Assembly: GCF_006345805.1 (NCBI RefSeq)
Contig: NC_043022.1
Span: forward strand, 8,432,001-8,496,000
Direction of reading: 5' to 3'
Source: Octopus sinensis
Taxonomy: Eukaryota
DNA length: 64,000 bases
Under the pieces are notes generated by a model, which saw nothing but the letters and a program-made list of their open reading frames with translations, ran no database searches and had not been told where the DNA came from. Shown piece by piece: positions 53,751-64,000 of this stretch. The position numbers and the translations under genes are program-made. The first letter of the stretch is position 1; each line of letters starts with the position of its first letter.

Positions 53751-54742
53751 TAAAGTTTTATCATATTATTGTGTATTTTCTTAATAAAAATGGGTGGGTA
53801 GCAATTTTACTGCCAAATACCATGTGTTATATAAAATTTTAATCTTGCTTTTGGTGGAGGAAAGTACATACTATATGGAGAGTTTCATGTGACCTTATAA
53901 AATTTTGTATCATCATCATTTAATGTTCATTTTTCCATACTTGTATTAGTCAGGAAGAATTTATTAAGGCAGATTTTCTATGGTCAGATGCCCTTGCTAT
54001 AACCAACTCTTCTGTTTCCAAGCAAGGTAATATTTCCCAGAGACAGACATATTTTTGATGAAAGACTGGAAATGAGCATGTTCATTTCCAAACATCATAT
54101 GATGTCAAGACAAGGCACACACAAATGAATACACATTCACACATGTACATACATACATACATATGTATGAGGGTGTGAGACCTAGTAGTTAGGGTGTTGC
54201 AAAATCATAGGTTTGATTCCCGGACCAGGCAGTGTGGTGTGTTCTTTAGCAACATACTTCATCTCACATTGCTCTGCAATCACTTCGGCATCTGACATGT
54301 GACACAACATGCACCTACCTATACAGAAAATGTTGAGTTGATGGAGGAAGTTTGATGGAGGAATGTACAGCATGGGCATTTAATCACTATAAATAAATCA
54401 CCTGTGCAGGTTCTTCAACAAGAATTTGCAGAGTCCTCTACAACAGAAGAGTCCATGTACAATATATATATATATATATATAAAGAAAACAAAATTTAAA
54501 GAATCGAGATTGAAACCCATGTTTATCCTTGTGTTTACCTATGAAATATGAACATAATATATTTGCATATGTATGCCCATGGTTAAAAATAGGTAATATA
54601 TTGGTAGTGTAATGGATACTTCTATCCCTTAGTCATTTTAACCTCTAACTCAACTAATATACATTTGCAGCATGGAAGGTGTTTATAAGCTATTTAAGAA
54701 ACACACAAAAGCCGTTCGATTCACTTCAACATTTAAGTTTAA

Positions 54743-54792
54743 TTTGTCAAAATATTTTCGTCGCTAAAATCCACGACCTGTTCACTGACAAA
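54743..54792 (-). ncRNA. Candidate minimal type I hammerhead ribozyme, G3:C8 variant
   Basis: Minus strand UUUGUCA GUGAACA G GUCGU GGAUUUUA GCGAC GAA AAUAUU U UGACAAA: 7-bp stem I, 5-bp stem II, palindromic stem III. Lies in a short repeat (about 54660-54810) next to (TA)n. Confidence 0.6.
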
Positions 54793-54813
54793 GTCCGTGC
54801 TGCATCTCAACTA

Positions 54814-54845
<32 letters not shown>

Positions 54846-55138
54846 ATAGATATATATGTATTATGTATGTATAGTGTGTTAGAAGTGGGGTCCAGGTATT
54901 GAATATTGAGAAAAGAGGAGTTCACCAGAATTTTTTAATAGTCATTATTATTAGCGCATTCGTTCATTTTTCAAACTTGTCAAATAAAATTTTTTTCTGA
55001 ATGTACAAACAGGTTAGTTATCTATATAAAGCAGGTGTTTTTCTGTTTTGTTCAGAAGAGGGGAACATTATATATATAGCTTGTTTCAGCTGAGGCACCA
55101 CCTTGAAGAATTTTTAGTTGAATGAATCAACCCCAGTA

Positions 55139-55180
<42 letters not shown>

Positions 55181-55187
<7 letters not shown>

Positions 55188-55396
55188 AACACATTCACAA
55201 GTAATCAAATACTGGGTGAACTTTTGTTATTTTTCCCTCTATGCCTACGTGAATTGTTTTTGAGTATACATTGTCTGGGAGATTCTTCTTATAGTAGAAG
55301 AAATAGCTAAATTCTTTGGCTGCTATTTCTAAAATTTTGGTATGTGGCAAAGCAAATTTTTTTTTTGCTGAACCCTAATTATATAAAGTAATTATA

Positions 55397-55437
<41 letters not shown>

Positions 55438-55637
55438 AACACATTCACAAGTAATCAAATACTGGTGAACTTTTGTTATTTTTCCCTCTATGCCTACGTG
55501 AATTGTTTTTGAGTATACATTGTCTGGGAGATTCTTCTTATAGTAGAAGAAATAGCTAAATTCTTTGGCTGCTATTTCTAAAATTTTGGTATGTGGCAAA
55601 GCAAATTTTTTTTTTGCTGAACCCTAATTATATAAAG

Positions 55638-55655
<18 letters not shown>
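55181..55655. repeat. Tandem duplication, period 250 bp, bounded by (TA)n
   Basis: ATAAAGTAACACATTCACAAG at 55181 and 55431; one G missing in the second copy. Confidence 0.93.
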
Positions 55656-55673
<18 letters not shown>

Positions 55674-55678
<5 letters not shown>

Positions 55679-55808
55679 GGTTGTTTGCTATGGCTGGTCA
55701 GAGAGTGATCATTGGTTTCACACCTGACGAGTCATCTATACAGCTACGCACTTTATATCTATGAAACCAATGGTCACTCTCTTATCAGCCATAATAAGCA
55801 GCATTCTA
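55674..55808. mobile_element. Short foldback/MITE-like element with a CTGACGA motif in the loop
   Basis: Arms 55689-55720 / 55762-55793 match at about 28 of 32 positions and extend imperfectly to TAGAA..TTCTA. Confidence 0.6.
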
Positions 55809-58329
55809 AAGATATTACTGCTGTAATGTTTTAGAGTGTGCTTTATTTACAGATATCTGAACTACTGATGATATATATGCATGGTGGGATTCTTCCAGTT
55901 TCTATCTACATCATCCAGTCACAAGGTTTTGGTCAGCCCAGGGATTGTAGTAGAAGACATATTGTTATTTTGAATCTATTTATATAAATTGTATTTTCTT
56001 TAGAACAGGTTGTTTGCGTGCCTCTTCCATCCAAACCAGCTAAATACTAAATACACTTGTCCAGTGGGATTGAAATCTGTTTACATGATTTTCAAAGTGA
56101 AAGTGTTAATCACATGGCCGTGCCAGCAACAGGTTATATGAGAGATAACCAATCTATAACCAATCTGTCGTATAAAGTGATTGTATAGAATTTGATTGTA
56201 TGGAAACAATCTCTTTTTCTTCGGTGCTAAAACTAAAGAAAATATATCTAATTCCTGATATTTCACAGTGCAGTAAACCAGTTATATTCTGTTGCTGTGT
56301 TGTGTTGATATTTAGGTGTATTTTTTTTGTTGTAGAGTTTGCTGGGTTTTTTGTTTGTTTTGTTTTGTTTTGTTTCCTAATAGATGCACTGTTTATAAAC
56401 AAGCAAGCCTTGGATATCGACAACAATGCGTAATTTAACATAATATCACAGAATAAAGAAAAATCAAAACAATACCAAAATAACAAAAATCTGACAAATT
56501 TTAATTTGACACTTTGCAATATTTTATACACACACATACAAACACATACACGCACACACATGCATACACACACTCACACACATGCATACACACACTCACA
56601 CACATGCATTAACACATGCACACACATGCATTTACCACACACACTCCTACATATGCACACATACCATTCACATGCACTAACACACACACATAATCATATA
56701 CATTATCACACACATATACACACATTATTACACACACACACACATACACAATTTACACACAAATATTTATCATATGTCCATCTCTTCTATGTATTTCATT
56801 GCTATTTACACTACTTTACTTTAGTAACTAAACCAAACTTACACAATTTACACATCTCTCTATTTCTCTCTGTCTCTCTGTAGGATATCTTTACTAAAGT
56901 TCTTTTAGTAGATTCTATTAAAAGTGATTTTGTCTCAGGAATTCTACTGAATTAGGTAATAATGTTGTCATCTGGAAACATTATTGTCATTTCTGTGTTT
57001 TTTGTTTTCTTTCTTCCTCTTCAACTTTTTTCTTTTCCTTTCTTTTGTCTTATTTTTTCTTTTTTTCGTTCTCTCCTCCAAAATAGATGTCACATCAGCA
57101 CAGCCTCAAGTAAGGCTGAACAAACTGACAAGTCTCTCTCGCTCTCTCTCTTTCTTGTTGTTTTTGCTGTTTTTCTTTCTTTTTCTTTTTACATTTCACT
57201 TTTGTTTTTTCTTACCCCATTTTCCTATCTTAAAAATCACAGAAATTTTGTCATTGATTTTGGTTTCATTTCAGAGGAAGGATATTTTCTTCTTCAGTGA
57301 CATTTTTCGAATAAACGTCTCTCTTTATCTCTCTGTCTGTCTGTCTCTCTCTTTACAAATTCCCACACACACACACCCACACCCAGTCCTCTCTCTAGAT
57401 TTTTTCTTTCACTCTTCCTCTTTATCTCTCTTTCACCCTCTCTCTGTCACTTTTTCTTACACCTTACATTGCTTTTGAGCAATACTTACTGTCTACTTCA
57501 CTGTATACACTCACAAAAATTTGAGAAGGATAATATAAGTATAAGAGGTTTACAATTTTATACATACATATATATATATATATGTATGTATGTATGTATG
57601 TATTTCTGTCTAACCTACTGAATGAAAACAACTCTTAGGGTATTAAAAAGTTTAATAGACCAAGCTGTAACGTTACAAAACTCACAAAAAAAAATCACAT
57701 AAAGAAGACAACAGAATGAGGTGGGGTGGGGAACACACACACGCATGCACACACGCACAAGCACACACACACACACACCAATTTATTTCTAACAGTAAAA
57801 GCAGAAAGCAATGTAAATAAAATAGTCCCACACCACTTCCCTCGACCCACCATCACCCCACCCCCACCTTCTTGAAATCTTGGAGAGTCAGCAAAGTACG
57901 TTTTTCTTAAAAATACTGAAATACTACAACTAGAACAATTGGAAAGAAATGCAACATTTGGTTGCAATGTATTTTTGGGTAAATATTTTTTCCTTCTGTC
58001 CTTAGTGATAGTAGTGGTGGTGGTGGTGGTGGTAGTATGTTTATCTCTTCAAGCACCAAACTAAACTCACCAGAGTGGTTTCATATATAAAGAAAATCTT
58101 TTCACATTTTGAAAAAGTAAGTTATTTGCATGTGTATGTGTGTGTGTGTATTTGATATATGTGCTCATATGCATGTATGTATTTCTGTTACTTGTATGCT
58201 AGTGTGCATGTATTTGTGTGTGTTATTATGTTATATATGTGTATGTGTGGCATGTTTACATATACATGTGGGTGTAATAAATGTATGATTCTTGTGAAAT
58301 CTGTGCATGAATATATATTTGTATATCAA

Positions 58330-58973
58330 TGTTTCACTCATTCGGCAGCAGCCATGCTGGGGCACTGCTTTTAAGGGTTTTAGTCAAATTGATCACTGTA
58401 CTTAGGTTTTTTCATTAAGTACAGTACTCATTCTTTTAGTCTATTTTGCTGAACTTCTAGGTTACAGGGATGTAAACAAACTAACACCATTGGTCAAGTG
58501 CTGGGGAAGATGACAAAAATAAATCACACACACACACATCGCATACACACATACACACACACAGTGAGCTTTCCCAGTTTTCACCTATCAAATTCATTTA
58601 CATTCATATGCAGGAGTGGCTGTGTGGTAAGTAGCTTGTTTACCAACCACATGGTCCCAGTTCAGTCCCACTGCATGACAACTTGGTTGACCAAAGCCTT
58701 GTGAGTGGATTTGGTAGACGGAAACTGGAAGAAGCCCATCGTATATGTATGTATATGTATATGTTTGTGTGCCTGTGTTTGTCCCCACAACATCACTTGA
58801 TAACCGATGCTGGTGCGTTTACGTCCCCATAACTTAGCAGTTTGGCAAAAGAGACTGATACAATAAGTACTAGGCTTACAAAGAATAAGCTCTGAGGTCG
58901 ATTTGCTAGACTGAAGGTGGTGCTCCAGCATGGCTGCAGTCAAATGAGTGAAACAAGTAAAAGAGTAAAAGAA
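58330..58973. mobile_element. Two inverted SINE family B copies (58330-58600 minus, 58607-58973 plus)
   Basis: Tail and body on the minus strand directly followed by a plus-strand copy. Confidence 0.8.
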
Positions 58974-59489
58974 TATCTTTCTGTTTAATGTGTGTGTGTG
59001 TATACATACACATATGCAAACACATCACTATGCACAGTCTATACTTACAAGCTATATATTGGCAGCGTATATTTTTGTTGTTTCACCCCAAGTCATCCTC
59101 GATTGACCAAACCTATGGTCTGAGACATTCCAGTTATGGTCATTGTGTTTTTTTCTATGTCCCAGATTGTACTGTCCAGTATGTGTTTCTATGTTTTTTT
59201 TCTTTTTGTAAATTTCTATAAATTGAGAGCAAGCTGGTTGCTGTATCTAGCATATCAGGTGAAAATATAGAGGCTGCCACATTGGCTGTGTGAGCAAACC
59301 TCTGATCAAAGACATTCCATCTGTGACCACCCTGCCTTTTGTTTATTCAGTGCAATATTGTATAAAGCGTTTTTAAGAATGACTAGTGTAATTAATTTGA
59401 GAGAGACTTGGCTGCTGATTTTAGCAAGCTGTGTGGTCACATAGAGACTGTCTCTCACTGGCTCATTGGTGTTTCATTGTCACTTTTAA

Positions 59490-59710
59490 CCTTTTAATAT
59501 TCAGATTACTCTATCAAATGCAATGCTTATTTATTCACATTGCTTTGAATAAATCAAGAATTATTTTGTAGCTTTGAGGTTTCAAGGATGTGATTGTTTG
59601 CTTTTAGAATGACAATGTAGGGTAGATGTGAGAGGCTGGACCTGGCCAGTTTGAACAAAAAAACAGATAGAATATTTGAACCAGGTATAGCCAGTTTGAA
59701 TGCTAAAGGG
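59490..59710 (+). mobile_element. piggyBac-type MITE, 221 bp
   Basis: TTAA|CCTTTTAATATT..AATGCTAAAGGG|TTAA; TTAA target and CCC..GGG termini characterise piggyBac. Confidence 0.8.
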
Positions 59711-60481
59711 TTAATGTCCCATAAATAAATTAACATTTAACAAATTACTAATATTTAAAATAATGACTTACTTATGGAACATCTGGTATGAATACTTTTT
59801 ATATGTTGGTATATGTATGGTGTTGCTATTTGAGATAGCACAATCATTAGATGGGGAAACTATGTATTCACCTCTTCAGCAAGACACTTGTTCCTATTTC
59901 TCTATCATACTTTCACTTCCATCAGTACTATACTCCATTCAGTTGAGTTGGTGATGGTCTTGTCTTGTGAATAGCTGTTGGCCACATCAGTGCTGGTGCC
60001 ATGAAAAATGTACTCAGTACATTCTGTAAAGTGGTTGACTGTAGGAAGGGTATCCAACTGTAGAAACCCCACCAAAGGAGATGTTGGAGCTCAGTGCAGC
60101 ACTTTGGTTCATCAGTTTCTAGTAAACCATCCAACCGATGCCAGTATGGAAAAAGGGACGTTAAATGATGATGAGGATAATTACATGTGATCAGAGAGGT
60201 GACATTACCTACTACTGTTATCAAGACATTGAATCACCATAAAGAGACCCTCACTTCTTTTTTTTCTTTGTGTATCTGCATGTTACCTTTTTATTGAAAT
60301 ATTCTTCAAACACATGCGCTTTGCTATGTGATTAAGAAGCTCACTTTGCAACCATGTGGTTTTTGGTTCTGTTCCACTACACAGAACTTTGGGCAAGAGT
60401 CTTTTACTATAGCCCCAGACCAGTCAATGCCTTTGGAGTGAATTTGGTTGAAGGAAACTGTGCGGAAGCCCAATGTATGTG

Positions 60482-60587
<106 letters not shown>

Positions 60588-61189
60588 GTGTGTGTGTTTA
60601 TACATGGAAAATGAATTGTGTCTGTTTGTTTCCTCCACTACCACCACTTGACAACTGGTGTTGGTTTATTTATATCCCCTTAACTTAGTGGTTCAGCAAA
60701 AAGAGACTAATAGAATAAGTACCAGACTTAAATTAAAAAAAAATACTGGGGCTGATTTGTAAAACCTTTGAAGGTGATGCTCCAGTATGGCCGTTTCAGT
60801 CCAGTGACTGAAACAAGTCAAAGATAAAAGGTAATACCAGCTGAATATTTGAGATACAACATTCATAACATGATTCAGACAATCAGTGTGCAACATACAA
60901 ATAGATAACATTCAAACTTATAATTCCTCCGATAGTTTTATGATGTTTTTGTATGTCAAATCACTTATCTTCTTCCTCCACTAATGACAGACTCGTTCAT
61001 CTAGGTTGGATTAAGAAGGAAAAAATGTATTAATATTAATAAAAAGCATACTTATTGTGATGTCTTCATTCATTCATAGTTGTCAAAAACACCATATAAA
61101 AATCATTACAGCAAAATAGAGAAAATTATAATGAAAGAATCTCTTGTAATTTTTTGTAATTTTAGGGTTTGTTTTTTGTTTGTTTTTTT

Positions 61190-62883
61190 TTGACTGCATA
61201 AGTGTTACTTTTGATGATAATATTTATGTTTGGCTTGACATCTAGTCAGATTTTCATATGATATATCAGTACAATTAGTAGTTGTTATTTGAATTTATGG
61301 AAAGGACTGTCTTTCAAATGGATTTCTCTGCACAATGATTCTTTTTAACCCATTCAAGCTTGAGTGGTTTGTTTATGTACAGCATACAATAATTTAGTTT
61401 GTTCAGGGTTTTGACACATGCTATCTTAATGACCGACAAATTCTGAACAATACTGAAGCGTCAAGCAATTTGCTGTTCATTTCTGTTTGAAATTGTTTGA
61501 AATCAGTGCATATAATTTCTACAAGTTGTCAACAAGGTAGCTTTCACTATAGTGCTAGCTGACCAAAGCTTTGTGAGTGGATCTAGTTGATGGAAACTGA
61601 GAGAAGCCCTTCATATCTGAGTAACTCTAAACCACTATTAAACATCAAGTGGTTTGTTGCTTATTTCTGTATGGAGTCAACGATGCACATTCTCTCCTGA
61701 TGATACCATACACTTGCTGGCTTCCAGTATGCAGAGTTTTTGACTGGTAGCACTTGCATGTGCAAGTTGTTTGCAAGACATCTGAAAGTTGTCAACAAGG
61801 TAGCCTCCACTACAGCCATGAACTGACCTGAACCTTGTAAGTAGATCTAATGAGTATGTATGTGTCTCTTTGTCTTGATGTTGTGTGAGAGTTGTAAATT
61901 AATGTCATTTCTAATATTCTGTGAAAGCTTATCTGGCCATGTGTAAATATTATTTTGCCTGGAAACAGGTAAGGGTTGGTGATAGGAAGAGCTTCCAGCC
62001 ATAGAAAATCTGTCTTAATAAACTCTGTTTGACCAATAATGATGATGAGGAGGAGGATTTTATCTGCAATAACTGTTGTTGTTGTTGAGCTCCAGGTCAG
62101 CCCAAATGGAACAGATCTATGATCAAAACCATGATCACCCTATCTTTATGTGTTTAGGCAGAGTGTGTTCAAATCTATATTGTCTAATATGTCTTTTCTT
62201 TCTAATTTCAAACTTTTATATAATTTGAAGTGCTTTAGAGGTTTTTCCTTCTTTTTTTTTGATTGCATAAGTGTTACTTTTAATGATAATATTTATGTTT
62301 GACTGGACATCTTGTCAAATTTTCATATGGTATATCAGTAGAATTAGTTGTTATTTGAATTTATGGAGAGGACAGTCTTTGAAATGGATTGCACTATACA
62401 AAAATTTGTTTTTAACCCATTCAAGCTTTGGTGGTTTGTTCATATGATGCATACATAATTTGGTTTAAGTAGGGATAAATAATTTAGTTTGTTCAGAATT
62501 TTGACACATGCTATATTAACGCTTTACCTGTTCTGTGTATCACATATTAGACACAAGACATATTTTCCTGAAGACAATTTACCATATATGATATACATTA
62601 CCAAATTTTTTCAACAATCAAAATAATTTGGTCCTTATAAAAAGAAAGCTTTAAATTACTGAAAATATATGAAACAAGGGCTGACTAATTGTCTAAAAAT
62701 TATTATAGTCGTTTGGGATAAACTTATGAAAATGCTTTGGACAGGCAAAGGGTTAATGACTAGCCTGTACAACTCTGAAGCATCAAGGGATCTATTGCTC
62801 ATTTCTGTTTGAAATTGTTTGAAAATCTGTGCCATAAGTTTTTTACAAGTTCTCTTCAAGGTAGTCCCTACATAGTCATACAG
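61190..62883. repeat. Old diverged local duplication
   Basis: 61190-61430 resembles 62259-62521, and 61470-61550 resembles 62795-62883 (third piece at 61781-61850). Confidence 0.75.
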
Positions 62884-63758
62884 TTTAACCATTAAATCTC
62901 TTTCAAATCACATTCATTTGAAATCCATGCATATAGTTTCTACATGTTTACTACAAGATAACCTCTATATAGTCACTCTATCTGTTTGAAGTAACAACCA
63001 AATCTCTCTCAAATCACATTTTACTATCTAAAATAAATTAATAAATGGAGTCGCTGATATAAATCTTCTTAAACAGGGCTGTCTATGGTCTTTTTCTTTT
63101 TTAGTTATATATAAATTTATGTGTGTACTACATAAGATATACCGTAATTATTCTTAGTAAGTTATTTTTCACCAAAAGTACTCAACAAATATTCATAAAG
63201 TTAATTGGGGCTGTGACACAAATCTTCAGAAAAAAAAGAAAGAGCTAACTTCTGATAAATGACATAAAGAAAGTATGTATGATCTCCCTATGTAGTAAAT
63301 CTTACTCTGGAACATTCTAATTTGAGAAGTGTATCTCTCATCATGTGGTGCAAAAAGAGAGAATGATTTTGAACATTCACTGCTTAGTATGGACTAATGT
63401 ACTGAAAAGCTCAACTTTGCATATAGGTCCCAGAGTGATTTTTAAAGAGAATTTTTTAATAAAAAGCATGTCTTGTATGCCATCTTGTTCTGAATATGGT
63501 GCCACAACTATTGCCAAAGCAAAAGCCAGAAGCAAACGTCATGGTTTCAGTATGGCAATAAGTTCATGCAAAAGTTAAAATGTTAATTTACTTCCCTAAT
63601 ACAAATATGTCTGTGCTACATTATCAAAGCCATCATGAACATCACAGCAAATATCACAACTAACTATTTCATCTTTAGAAATCTTTATCTCCAGTCTAAG
63701 ACGTCATATTGAGGTAGACAGAAATTTTGTTGCTTATAACTTTTTTTTGCGTATGTGA

Positions 63759-63799
<41 letters not shown>

Positions 63800-64000
63800 A
63801 TAAAAATATTTGTATTATGTATATATATTTACTAAATAAGAAATAATATTTGTATGTATTAAATAAAATTATCAACAGGCTTAGAAAATTAAGAAAAAAA
63901 AAAGAAATTTCTTTTATCATTTTCCATTTAATTTTTCTCATTTTCTTTTTAGTCTAATTTTCTCTAAGTGTATGCATGATATCATTTAATGTATGCTTGG

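Noticed and set aside
63345-63578. 77-aa ORF in unique sequence
   Set aside because: No recognisable motif or splice context; length is compatible with chance.

Overview
64 kb of AT-rich, CpG-poor, repeat-saturated animal DNA. The SINE, LINE and microsatellite repertoire looks like a coleoid cephalopod, probably Octopus (inferred from repeat recognition, not a database search). No intact protein-coding gene can be supported, and most listed ORFs are microsatellite or SINE read-throughs. Supported content: a full-length but triply frameshifted DD34D mariner (40342-41630) and a second mariner 3' fragment; several RTE-clade and CR1/L2-type LINE remnants, two with a GC-rich VNTR in the 3' UTR; at least three tRNA-derived SINE head families with swappable tails; TTAA-flanked piggyBac-type MITEs; a full-length 5S rRNA pseudogene; and near-perfect tandem duplications bounded by (TA)n. 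Most interesting is a set of short foldback elements beside (TA)n that carry minimal type I hammerhead-ribozyme motifs, some followed by AATAAA, as in Penelope-like pseudo-LTRs and retrozymes. These include a G3:C8 core-swapped hammerhead (54743-54792) and a perfect 230-bp inverted repeat (24878-25455). Boundaries of decayed repeats are approximate.
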